A stretch of DNA of 64,000 nt from assembly GCA_976226885.1 (NCBI GenBank), contig OZ320318.1:68262001-68326000 (forward strand). The letters are read 5' to 3'. The DNA comes from Iphione sp. A-MEVVRFRX5. Lineage: Eukaryota. Positions 37,075 to 50,528 of this stretch are shown piece by piece. The number at the start of each line of letters is the position of its first letter. Within the stretch, counting starts at the first letter, position 1. Both the position numbers and the translations under genes were made by a program. The notes beneath the pieces are model-generated. The model did no database searches and had not been told where the DNA came from. It saw only the letters and a program-made list of their open reading frames with translations.

Positions 37075-40000
37075 TGAACTGTTCACAGGGATCCATCTAG
37101 GAGACAAATGGTACCGAAGTCTACCGAAGAGGAAATGACAGAACTGACGAGATAGAGAAAGAGAGATACATGCTGGTAGAGAGGAAGAAATACGCAGACT
37201 GTTACAGACCTATACCACTGAAGTTATTGGAACACATCTAGAAAGGAACTGAGCTGGAGAGGTTGAAGAGGTAAAGTTTAATGAGGAGGAGGATACAAAA
37301 GACTGAAATGTGCGCCTCTCCAAGTACGCTCGTCGAGAGGTGAGAATACCCTTTCAGCGACGCATGTTAATGGCAAAAAATCTTCCTCATTACGCCAAGC
37401 CTTAGTCGGCACAAACGTGCACCAACGTGTTTATGTGTTTACAAACATTATAAAGCCACTCGGACGGTCAAAGTTGCCATGTGTCAACCTCCACGTTTTC
37501 ATTGATCGGCTCGCCACATATGTGTGTGCGACATTCTGATATGAGAACCGCTTGCAATGATTTACTTACTACCCAGTGAAACCATGGGAAGACGAAGGAG
37601 ACTTTACTGCGTGGCCAAATTCAGACGTAACCTGGATGCATTCATTTTCACCTTCACTGGACAGCGCATTCCCAGTATGATATGATACTGAGCTGAAATG
37701 TCCTTGATAAATACACCGATATGAAGGGTCACACTACGTGCTGCCTGGGCTATTTGACACTCTGGGGGTAACGACGCACTACTTCAAGACACCTCGGGTC
37801 CGTGTCTACTCGATAGATTTTTCAGGAAGGACCATGATATGCCAGGATAAAGATGGTGTTTGAGAACAACCAGATTACACGGCAAACTACCGGTGGATCC
37901 GGTCTAAAATTCCAACCAAAGGGTATCATTGTACTTTGTGGCAACAATGGCCAGAAAGTACTACACCATTTCACATTAAGGGCTTGTGTCCTATCGTCTC
38001 TCTTACGGCCCTTTGCCGCCATCTCATGAGAGTTAATAAAAGAGCGAGTATCAACGAGTACGTCTTCAGGCCAAGAGCGCAAAGCAGTATAGGGCAAGTG
38101 GCCAAGAATGGATCAAGTTCCTGCACCGAAAGCATTTTCGGAAGAGAAGCATCTAAACCTCTAACAAATTTTTATGGGTCACGCGTACCCACAGTTTAAA
38201 TGAAATAAACAATGAGCCGACTGCCTTTGCAGCAACGCTCCGACTTTTACTTCCGATTTACCAACTCGGATGGTAAATTGTGAAGACTTAACAGCTTCTA
38301 AAGCCATTATTCAATTTATTCCACGATACGACATCGAGCAACTGACGTTTTATCCAGTGGTCTCGGGAACAATCCGAACTCGGAGTTTCCCTACTAATTT
38401 TCTTCTCTATATCTTCATATCAGTCGTTTACAGTTGTATACATCCATGTAAAGAAAGAAGAATACAACGGATACACTTGGACATACTCCGCCAAAATTAT
38501 CATTAACGCTGACTGAATTTGGAAGCATGTATTAGGTTTTTACACCAATTCAAATTTTTGGAACTGAACAGAAAGAAAGCAAAATGACTTGTTTTAAAAC
38601 AAAGCCAGGTGCTGTTAGAAGAGTTTCCATTATAATAGCGTATGCAAGAGCATTTGATAGCTTTGAAAAGCCCAACATACGTCAGAGCGAGTGCAGTTTC
38701 CTTAAGAAACAATTTGTACATTCAACCACTCATTCTAAAACAGAACCACAAAATTATATTGACTTGGTGACCTTATGTATAAGAGCTGGAGTTAATCGAG
38801 CACACGAACATTACTGAACGTTCAGCACTTCCTTTCAGCTTATTTGTACTTAAATGCTTTTCCTAAATGATTGTTGGCGCATAATGCAATTTTTAGGCTT
38901 GCTGGATTTTACTGGAATTTTAATGGTGGAAGAGCAGTTGCTTTTTGAAAAAAAAACATTTTATGAGCATTTGTTAAGGCTTTCGGTTGTCTCTGATGTT
39001 ACTTATAACCGTAGATCCTACAGATTCCCCTCTCATTAACATTCATTTACCGAAAACATCAGATAACCCATTATTTGGTCGTAACTTCATTACGTTGCGT
39101 ATGTGATATTAAAGTTAGATTATGATAATCATAATTTATTTCAAACCACAAAATAAGTGTAGTTAATGTATAACTAATACAAACAGTAACGTTCGTACAG
39201 CTTTCTTGATGCCAGGGATAGGGCACGACTACCCTGTTCCAGTCTGTTAATTTTTTCTTTCTTACTGGGCTATTTGTACATATATATACATTTTCAAAAA
39301 TGCATGTAGCTTTTCCTCTTTCATTTATTGCTACTTCGGATGACATAGAAAACATCTCTCCTCATCAATGTGCTCTCACAGGTGATACAATAATACAGTT
39401 TATATCGATAAAAAGCCTGCTGGATTGTTGATCCTTATACATAATGCAAACCTCTCTACTATCCCCACTTTCAAGTGGCAGATGACGTTGTATTTTATTG
39501 TAATCTATATAATTATGGTGTTGTAGAGCAAGCATAATATAGGCTAGAAATTCCAGTTAAGAGCACGCATTGCAAAGGTGAATTTTATAGCCTGAATCAA
39601 AAAGAAATATATGTACTTGAATTTGATAGACGAGCGATGAAAGCTGCCAAAGTATATAGAACTTTTCACTAGAGATTAATGTTGTAAGATCACAAAGGTC
39701 ATGCAACGTATGTCATTTTCCATCGCATGATATACGTTGTTGTCATAAAAATTGTATATGTACATAAACAAGCCATTTCAAATATGTATTTATACCGTGA
39801 GTGCGCGTACAATTTACATACATATACATGTTTTAAGGTTTGCTCGGGCAGACTTTGAAGTGTATGTTTGGCAATATTTACAGCATTTTGACTCATCGTT
39901 TATGGTTATGAGGGTCACTTTCTCCTCTCTTGATAAACCTCTTATTCCTTTTCCTGCTCCATCCAGGTGAATGTGGATAAAAATTGTTTCTTGTCCATGT

Positions 40001-40264
40001 TTATAGGTTTCTAAGGCAACATTGTTTCACTGGTGCTCCTGACTTGTAAGATACAGCGATCCTCTCCCATTATGTCACTGAAAAGCTGATGTCCAAAATT
40101 TGTAGCTACATAGTTTTCCATAGTACTTTATCGAATCAATTTTGCTTAGACGGATTTCAGTATACGTTGCAAGAAATGAGATGGCAGGATCTGTAATTGT
40201 TATGATGGCCATTTTTCTGCGTGTTTAAATTGAGTATTATGATTTGTTGTCGGAATACATAAAC

Positions 40265-40354
40265 AAGAAGAAGAAGAAGAAGAAGAAGAAGAAGAAGAAG
40301 AGGAGGAGGAGGAGGAGGAGGAGGAGGAGGAGGAGGAGGAGGAGGAAGGAGGAG
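40265..40354. repeat. Compound (AAG)n(GAG)n microsatellite
   Basis: Directly visible. Confidence 0.97.
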
Positions 40355-43300
40355 GATACGTTCGGGGTGTTTCTAAATATAAACTGGTGCTTTTAGCTAA
40401 AGACAAACTAACTGGAGAGGGGTTGTCTATGTTCCTGAATTAAATCAACACAATATTATTGTGTAATGTCTCTGTTTTAACAAATAAAGTGTCCTGAGTA
40501 AAACTAATGTATCATTCAGGGCTGTCGTTTATCTGCATTTACAATGTTTTCTTGGAGGTCTCACTAAAGACCACTTCCTACAATATGTTAACTCTAATGC
40601 ATAAAATGTAAGACGTTCCGGCAATAATCGACCGGCAGGAAAAATAGTATGTAACCGCAAGATTTGCGCGCCAATAATATGTTGAAGATATTTTTTAAAA
40701 ATGCACATATTATGAAAAGCTCAACCGTTGGAAAAGTCAGCCATCAGTTGAAACATCATGCTGTGAACAATAAATCATATTGGATATGTTTTACAGTAAT
40801 ATCAATCATATTTCACAAATCAATTTCACATTGACGTAAAGTAAACGCTCAGTCCTACAGAGAATAAAGAATTAGGCTTTTTATACATTTGTACTTGTAT
40901 TACATTGTATTTCTCTTTTGGTTGTGAATTTTCTTTGAACTCAGTTGCACACAGAGAAAAAGAGATTCGGCCACGTTCTATCTCACAAAAAATGTACATG
41001 TATGTATAAAATGTCTAGACGAGCCTTAGTAATTGCAGCAGATCATCATGGCTGGCTTTCCACGTGCACGTTTGTTTTTCTGTACTCCGTGTACATGTAT
41101 ATGGTGAAAACTGATCCTATGCTAATCCACATGATTGTGGTCTGTGCTCCGTGCTCCAGAGCTGTCTGGAAACTGAAAACAGCCCTCGGCCATAAATTGA
41201 CATGCTTTTCAGGCACACACAGACCAGTGCAACAGAGAAATGGCTGTTTAAAAGGAGGTAGAAATCTGTATAAAATATGTTAGTTCATATTAATAACCTA
41301 ATTTGCTTACAAAACACAAATTCCACTGATATACCTCAATCTGCCCCCAAACGCTTAATTTTCACCAATATGCCTTGACCTTGATGAAAAACTGCACAGT
41401 TTCTTTTCACATGCCTTGATCTCCACGAAAAGACCACGCAGGATCCACTGATATGCCTCGCCCTCTATGAAAAAACACGAAATTTACACACACACAATAC
41501 TCACGGTTTCTGACTGTTTCTAACTGTTCCTGACTGTTCCTGAGCTGTCTACATGGAGACAGGGGTCTATAAAGGCCTGGAGATGTCCAGAAAATCAGCT
41601 GAAATTTCTGCATGGTTACGCTTAGGGGAAAGGATTCGCACACATAGAAAGCGGGCCTATCTGTCTATAATAAGTGCCTTTTGCATGGTAGTCTCTGACG
41701 CAGTCGTTTACCTGCTCCAGGACCCATTTTGAGGCCCATATCTCATGTTACATTCTTGTATTGGCTGCACCGCTATTTCGCGGCTCCTCTCCTCAATCGT
41801 CACCTTTCATTACCTATATCCTATGATTTTTTGACCTGAGACCACTGACGTAATCAATAGCGCAGGGCTATGTAAATCGTAAATACTTCCTCCTAGGCTC
41901 TTGCTCGTTATCGCTCTTTAGCCAGCCACTGTTCTCTCTGAAATACACACCTGCCATTTATTTAATATCTAATTGAATATTTACTACTGGGTGCTTTTGG
42001 CGCCAGTTGGCAATGGCGCGAATCGGCGGCGGCGCGACCTGATCATTGGGCGAACTGACCTTAATATTCCACGATGGAAACAGCCACCCTTCGTACATTT
42101 TGCAGGGCTAGTCTTTACTTTGGGTTGGGACCGGGAACGGCGTAGGGTGGGGCTGTCAGTACCTATTAATATCCTGAGTGAAAAATGTCGGTGATATCAG
42201 CACACTCTCCCCATAGTTACAATATGAATAAGGATAGCATGCCCCCAGTTTCTCTATATTTGCACGTTTTGGTATAATATTTGGTCAGCTCAGAAAGAGC
42301 GGAGAGGACTTCCTACAGAAATAGAGCAAAGTAGATACACAAATAAGTAATTCTATAGACAACAGAAAGTGGTTAGATAGAGAAAAAAGGATTGGAAGAT
42401 AGAATAATGTACGAATACATTGATGAATGGATGCAAAATTAGCAGAGACTGACAAGCTGACTGCCTACCCTGGGCTGAAGTGGGAGAGGAGAATCGCTAC
42501 GCCGACAGATTTTGCTATAATGAAGATCAAAATATTGAAATACAGATAAATAGCACCTCTCTCAAAAGGATAAGGACAGTCGATCCTAGCACAGCCAAAA
42601 GGATAATACAATACAATCGTCAAGGACACCGAAGAGAGACTTAGGTACGTACAAAATTTGAGATAATAACTCATAAGCGTAGCCTATAAATAGGTCGTAA
42701 AAACGAGCCTGTTTCACAAAGAGGCACAAACAAGACATAATATAAAGATGTCAGATACTGACGCCCTCATTGAAACTGTGGGATCGAGGAAAAAGGTGCA
42801 ATAAAACAGTCAGAGCGCAAACGGACGAAAAGAAACATGCCCAGGCTGAGTAAGAACTGGAGTGTTTCTGACCCGAAAAGAGGATAATTGCAGTGGAGAG
42901 GACCAGCCATAGGTTGAGGCTACCAGATGGCCTCAGCGGTGGGCAGGGGACGAGGTGGTCGGTCGGGAAGGTGGGGCAGAAGTGGCCTCTTGCAGCCAAT
43001 ATAAAGCAGACAAATGAGCCGGACTGTTGCATGTGGAGCCACGTGTGATAATGCGTTTGTCTTGTCCATGGATAGAGCGAGCACTTTGCCTGAGAAGATG
43101 ATATCGAGTTGCCAGATTGCCTTGTTCTATAGCGGCAACAAGGAGACATCACCCGTATGAAATAGGAATGTCCATAACATTTCTGTGTGTGAATTGCCTT
43201 TCTTCTTTTGGAACGTGCGTAAGTAGAAATTCATAATGTGGTTTGTTTTATGATACGTGCATTTGTTTATGGTTTGAAGAATGACTTTCCTCATATAATT

Positions 43301-44909
43301 TTATAGAGCCCCCCGACCCCTGTGGATCAATAGTAGAAGTGCCGTATCTCCTTGATGTATTAACGCCATACGTTGCCTTCATAATAATGACTGAAGACGC
43401 CCAAGTCTTTAAATGACCTCAATAACGTAAATGGCCGAGCCCAGCACCCGCAGATGTAGTTACACTGAGGCTATACGTATTCTGATGATGGTCTTAAACG
43501 ATGACGTCAATGAAGCCCAGAGGGGGACAAACCCGGCTTCGTTATAGTAGTGTTCGTAAGCTTGTAAGAGCTCTACTGGGTCAATGGAAACGCTGTCCGT
43601 CCGTTCTGCTGAGTCGGCAGATTTTCTGGTTCCAGTTGCTTGCAGTACAGAAAGTAGGTCGTCTAGAGCCGTCGAGGCACTCTGAGATACTCCCTTGTAA
43701 TCTGCAGCTGCCTATTGGAATTAAAGCTGGCAAACGCCCCAAAAGAAAGATTTCACTGCTGCTTAGGAAGGTAAGCACGCAACAAAGGACCTCTTAGAAA
43801 CAGAGAGGTTAGTTTACTGTTGTACTCGACAAGGCATCATAGAGACATTGCCGCGAGAAATTGTGTATGGGTGTTTACGTTAATTCGTCACAATCTGTTT
43901 CAGCGCAGCGTTCCATTTGTAACGAAATCTGCGTGAATTCCTAAAAAGAAATTGTTAAAATAGCTTCCTTATGTTACTTGTAGCATCAAGGAATATGCAT
44001 ATATATTCATATTTAGGGTGGATGTTCATACCAGTAGTAAAACTCGATACATTCACATATATTATCCGATTGTATTTTATATTATCCGGTTTTCCAAAAT
44101 ACAACTATTAACACACGTTTTTCTTCGGAATCAGCACTTCCTTTTGGCAATAACGATAATGTTTGTTTTAATCTCATAACCCACTCAGACTTACGCATGG
44201 CTCCACATGCAACAGCCCGCATGATATTCTCCAAATCCATAAAACCAAAAGTTTTTTTTTCTAAATTTGTGGCATCTTGGATTTATTTGACCTTCAACCT
44301 CAACAGCGATAGTGCATTGTGTTTCTGAAGAACCACGTCAAAACAGAGGCATGAAATATATCTTTTTTGTATTCATTGGATTAACTGTTATCAAAATTGA
44401 AATCCTCAAAAACACAGGATTACATTGTAATGCGAGAACATTACAATGTATTTTCCTTCAATTTTGACAGAATCTTGATTCATGCAAACATGTACCGCAT
44501 ATCTGCAGAGATGGTTTTGCATTTCTTGGATGGGCAGGATAAAGCGAATGCGAAAGTGAGAATGATAGAATGTCTATGCAAAAGAAAACTCTGCATAACA
44601 TATTGGGAAACCTTGTCCTTTTTTTGAACAAAGATGTTGAAAAATATCAGTATCAAACATCTTAAATGCTTCCCTCTTCCATGCCCTTTCCATGATCTTC
44701 CGTATAATAGAGAAGAATCGTTCTCATCTTCCTAATGGAATATACATAAGAGATACTGTGTACCGTGTATGTATATATAAATGGTTTACTCTGGGAAAAA
44801 AGCGAAATCTAATTTTTTGAAGGTGACACACATCACACCCTGCAAGCCAGTCATGCAAATCATTAAAACCTTACTGCGGGTAAATTAGTTTCGACACCTT
44901 GCCTAAAAC

Positions 44910-45226
44910 TTAGTCATAATATTTTGCTTCCGATAACCCGACCCACCCAGATATTCATGCATCTGAAACACTTTATTTTTTCTTCTTTTGTCAATATCTT
45001 TTTTCAAAGATTCCTGGTAGAGACATGTGCTATACATCATTTGCGTTCATATGATTATTAGTTTTATTAAGATCTGAGCATCAGTGGTGACATTACCGTG
45101 TACATTTGTTGCTTTCAGAATCCATCAACCCTGGGGGGAAACTAGATAAGAAAAATTTCACCTACCCACCGACCCTGTATTTATTCAGCATGTTACAGGA
45201 AGCAAAAGTTTTTTTCGGAGGCCTAA
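44910..45226. mobile_element. Possible non-autonomous DNA transposon with imperfect TIRs
   Basis: Left end TTAG...TTTTGCTTCCGATAAC (44910-44937) versus the reverse complement of the right end TTAGGCC...TTTTGCTTCCTGTAAC. Both sides carry CCGACC/CCCACC subterminal motifs facing inward. Confidence 0.35.
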
Positions 45227-45499
45227 GAGTGTTTCAGGCTCATTAACAACAACGCAAGGTTGTTCCTTCTATCTGTTCATGCCTTATGTACCGCACCTAT
45301 CTCAGATCACTTCTCAGTTACTTGGCAGCCATACGCTTATGGATGGAAATCCACGGACAATGACAAACAGTCCTAATAAAACGTACTATTAAACGGGAAT
45401 GTTATTTGAGAGCCCAGCGCTGGCAGTTGGTAAAGAGAGCACAGCTTCACCAATTTACTTCTCCTCCCCATCACAAACCGCACCTACGATGAGTAACAC

Positions 45500-48450
45500 T
45501 AGTGATCAACAGCCTTGATCGGCTATGACACGTAGGGAAACGGCTGAAAAAGGTGAGCTGGGGGCGCTCATCAATGATTTTTTCAGTAAGATTGAGATGT
45601 CCTATGAATTCCACAAAGAAAAGCCTCAAATATTGGACGTTGTTAAGATAATCATTTCAGTCAAAGCATACCTCCACCTCTCAAACATGAGCATGGCATT
45701 CATGCTTTCCTAGATGAGCATCTGTTATAGACGCCAATCCCCCTCATGAATCCTATGACCCCAGATGATGCGGATCAACATCACGTGATACCTACAGCCT
45801 CATATCAGCTCCACCGTAAGATCCGTGATAACGATATGCCAGCAGCTAGGGTCATCAGGGACATGCCATTCACCCAAGGATGCATCATAGCCTAGGTTCC
45901 GCTCGCCTTGCATGCTGCTTTTAGCAGGACAGTGGAGCAGTCTTGTACGAATTTATCTCTACATACGTAAGGGGCTCATGCAGTTAGACTACTACAAATG
46001 AGAGGCATGATACACATGTGAATATATCATAGATCAGAAAAAAATCAATGCAAACGTCTCGAAGGTTCATGCCAGTGTCTGTGTGTAAGTGATGGTGAGA
46101 TTCTCCACATGACGGAAATGCTCCAGAAGATTGTATATGACACAGAGGATCATATTTGGCTCTCCCTTCTTTGCCAGATAAACGGCATGTTGTATAATAG
46201 GGGGGGGGCCCTCCTGTGCAACAGGGAGCTACTATGCTAAGAAAGGGTCGATGTGTTTCTCGAATGCTGTGCAGTCCCTCGACACACGGAGGCTGCCTCT
46301 TTTCACGACATTTTTACATCATCCAGAGAGAAATGTGATCGGGACTGTGGGCAGGTCTGCTTCCTAAAATATATATACGTCCTGTCATGCCCACTACACA
46401 TCCGGCTGCCATATGTTGGGGATAATGGGCGACTGTTGATTGGCAATCTTCAAGCACATGCGATCACCGGGTTGGTGACCTAGTCCACACAGTTTGATCT
46501 CCAATAATACCATGGATGTCATCAAACAATTCCCAGCGCTGTCCCCAGACACTGCCAGGAGGTCTGCAAGGTTTGATAATGTACTACATCTGAACCGACT
46601 ATTGACATTAGAGTCTAGTATATTTATAAGGCAAGTAAAGAATGTTTTCCTCTTAATCATCTCTCCTACCACCAGTCTCTACCAAGAAACGTCCAATAAC
46701 AAAGATGCTCCTCTATTTAGTTGTTGACTTTATAGAATCCATTCACCTGTCAAAACAGGTCACTTGGTATGGATCACAAGTGAACAGACCAAGGAGATTT
46801 TACTTTATGTCGATAGCCTTGGTCAAAACCAATATAATTTTGGGCTTATAAATTTTATTCACAAGCCAAAAAGTTGTCCAGTGGCTAGTAGGTGAGGCTT
46901 GAAGCATACCCTATTCTTCTCATGTTCTGAAAAAAGCAAGACTTAGTGTTTATTTGTAGACACTTTCTTGTAGGACCTTTTGCATGGTTTTGTGTTAAAA
47001 CACTTACAAATTATTTGTTCATACAACTGAATGTTCACAAGTTTTTCCGCACTTTTTCTATCTCGTAAGTGGCGTTTCCGGGGAACAAATAAAAGGCTTT
47101 TATGTCTAAAAGTATAACTTTATGCAGATACTACAATTGTCGTCAACTGGTTGAAAGCGCACCTACTTGAACACTTGCATTTGGAACCAAAATATCAAGT
47201 GTTTAATCAAGCAAACATTGTACAATTACTAAAACATCTACGGTCTGTTCAGGAAGCTTGGCCGCTCATAACTAAAAATGGATATATTCTAATGATAAAA
47301 TTTCGGAAGCTGTTAATGCCCATGGGCCTATTAGGCCGTTTCTAGTCTAAATGAGGGAGATCGACCAGAGACCAAGCAACAGAGTGTGCTACGACTGTGC
47401 AGCCACTGTTGATGCCTACAAGCATGGCCTGGTCTTATAACCTCTATCTTGCATCAACGACATCATCGGTGCCCATGCTGATTTTTGACTGTCATTATTC
47501 CAAGTTTGAGAAAGACCCGACTGGTCCCAAGGCATGCATGCCAGCTTCATCTTGAGTGGTGCACGCGCACGGGGAATACTTCGGAATAAAACCCTCAGTT
47601 CCATGATGTAGATGTACTTCTGTGAGCGGTTTGGTGTGACATTGCCACATACGTACGGTTGCTGTGACAAATGCATCCATAAATGTACATTCGCAAATCT
47701 TTATCTACATATTAAGGACCCTACACCGGTGTTGTCTTGGTCTCCACAGTATGCCAGCATTTGGTTGACAGCGATGTCGGCCCAACAGCGTTTTTCTCTA
47801 GGTTTGCCTGCCTTGTCTTGGATACTGTCAGGAGGTGTGAAACACATGGTGCATGCCAAAACCGTGTGTGTTTTCTTTTGCTGACATACGTTGTGCAACC
47901 ATTGCCAGTCGGGGTAGGGTTACAGACTGGCTTCCTCCTGATGACGAAGCTCAGACGCCTTCGGCAACCTGAAGTGATGTTTCTCACCATCGGGGACTTT
48001 GTGTGTGCCTTTATCGAGTCATACCTTATGTGCCCATCTCTCTATGTAACCAAATGGAACGATTGCACCCAGAAATAGTCCACCACGACGGAATCTTGCA
48101 ACCAGCGACAGGCTGTGACTCTCAATTCGGGAAACAACGAACTTACATGAACATGATTGCTATTAAGATAACAGGTTCACCAGTTCCCTCCAGATCCACC
48201 ATGTCAATGCAGGTGCGACAGGAATGATTGGTTTATAAGCAGAACAGATGCATATTCTACAGAGTCTTACCCCTTGACCTGACGAATGTATCGATGCAAA
48301 CATATACCTTCTAACGGTGGATTGTCATGGCAGGTTACCATCTTGGATATGGCGTCGTTCCTATTCGGCATTTCATCTGATGTATCCAAATTGTTATTAA
48401 ATTCGCACAATCCATCACATACCAGTGACCACCATCGAAATGCCATTCGC
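45500..48450 (-). mobile_element. Highly decayed DNA transposase, tentatively Academ-like
   Basis: Frameshifted, collinear remnants LGEWH, SSGVIGFMRGIGVYNRC and MNAMLMFERWRYA (~45900-45670). These resemble my recollection of the LG.FH...GS..GV..G..YNR...EAL.R..W block of Academ-type transposases. Upstream Cys-containing ORF fragments lie at 47400-48450. Confidence 0.35.
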
Positions 48451-50344
48451 ACCCAATAATCCTGTTCTCACTCCGCTTTGGGACTTCATATTTCATATAC
48501 TTTTATTAGATCCTTTACTAAATGACGTATAGTAAGTTGATTCAACTGTTTCCGTCACTTGTTCGTGCTCCAGTTTAATACAGTGGGTTCAGTATGATTC
48601 ATGCTCAGCATTTGCAACAGAAAATGCCTTCCAGCTACTTGCGCTAGCCATCTCACCTATTTAAGGTAACTTTGGGTTCCTTGCGGCCGGAAGTAACCAC
48701 CCTACCAGCTCAAAAATGCTACGATGAATTTAACGCTTTCGTTTAACCATTTATTCACAATCTTACATAACTCCTACATCGTTTATTTACCATCATTCTC
48801 TCTATTATTCAATATATTCAAGATAACGTTTCCCACGCCGGTGTTTCTGGTTCATCTTGTGGTCCAGAAATATAGTGACTATGAAATGATAACACATTCA
48901 TCATTCCAACGGTGTCCTGCTTGACATGCAATCCACGATTTGTTAGTATTCGCTTTTAAATGACTCACATCTATTTCGTGTCAATCCATTAAAAAAACCA
49001 AGGCTGGTCAATTGCGATGTCCCTATTAGGAATTTGCAATGACAGAATCAAGGGATTAGGCTGGCAACCACAGCAAGTACTTCCCGTCCTTGGAGATAGA
49101 GAGTGAGGGAAGAGTTCGGCCGTTGACATTTCGCTCCAGTTTAACTACTTAAGAAAGGAGAAAAGCGAATGTCAGCAGCCAATCAGGCTGATCCGTCCAG
49201 CCCACCCAGACTCCTGCTAATCATCCGTCACTGCCTACAATCCATCAAACGACTCCAACTCCTCGTCTACTATAAATGGGCTCTTGTAACTTGTAACATA
49301 CAGAAAGCAATTGACCGCGCCTTAAGCGTTGCTAAAGACCCTTTTCCGCCTACGTTGTATCTCGAAAGCACGAATATTGTTTAGCTCAATTGAATCCAAA
49401 ATAGTGTCAGATTATCAACTCAGCAACATGAGGTCCGCCCACTCTGGAAAGGGAAAATCTAAAAGCTGAGGTTCCAGTATTCCCGACACGCAAATTTTTG
49501 AAACATTGCCTCTGGTTCTGAAGTGGATACATGTGCTCCGGGCATAAATCATAGCCAGTCAATTTGCGACCCATGAAGTAGCTCACGTACACCAGCAATC
49601 TTGAGACCCGAGCATTCAGGGGCAGGCACTCCCAGAGTTAACGATATCCAGGCTACTTATAATGCTGAGACACAAAGAGAAAGTGTAGTTATAAAAGCCC
49701 ACCCGAGGGCGTTGTTTTATTAGAAGTTTTATTAGCATACTTCATTAAATTCATACCTATTACTCCAATTATTGGACAAAGCAGAACCAAACATGTGTGA
49801 ATTTAGTATGCTCGTATCATTTTTGCTAGTGTAAACAGTCTTACGATAAATGACTGCGTGTACATACAGATATTGACTCCAGGAGGTTAGAGTCGGACCA
49901 AAAGCTGAGGACAGAAAACGCAGTTAGATTTTATTAGTTTATGAAGCACTGTGTGAGAGAAATGTTTCGATACGTGTGCTCTTTGCCGAATATTATATAA
50001 ACATGTCTAAAAAGGGAAACCTAAGTGACATTCTGAAATAAACGCCTCACGCAGTGTCCTAAAACGTGTGCTCTGCTTCTCGAGACAAACAGCCTCTCTG
50101 AGAGATTTGTTGCAAATGTAGTCACCTAATCCGGCTCTGATGGATGCAAGGGGTTTCCCTTGCGTAGAGTCGTGCTAAGAGCCGTTTGCATTACCAATGG
50201 CGTAGATATAGTAAGCAGCACAACACGTGAACTATATGATGACAATTCACAAGGTATAGCATCTGTATCCAAGGCAGTGTGTTAATGTTTAAATAATGTT
50301 TAAAATTGTACCCTCTTGAAATCTTTTATTCTAGTTATTGTTGT

Positions 50345-50528
50345 GTACAACTGATTTTGTTGTGTGACTTTATTTTCCTCCCCGGAGTGTAAAAATCACC
50401 AAAATGCACCCCTTTGTCTGCTGTCATATCTGTTGTACAACTGATTTTGTTGTGTGACTTTATTTTCCTCCCCGGAGTGTAAAAATCACCAAAATGCACC
50501 CCTTTGTCTGCTGTCATATCTGTTGTAC
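50345..50528. repeat. Perfect 90-bp tandem duplication
   Basis: The GTACAACTGATTTTG... unit starts at 50345 and 50435. The two copies appear identical. Confidence 0.95.

Noticed and set aside
42990-43060. TCNSPAHL as an LRR C-terminal cap
   Set aside because: The upstream NPW.C.C motif is absent and no LRR units are nearby.
49190-49300. CCAAT (~49199) plus TATAAAT (~49270) as a promoter
   Set aside because: The spacing is plausible, but no downstream coding exon could be identified and such motif pairs occur by chance.
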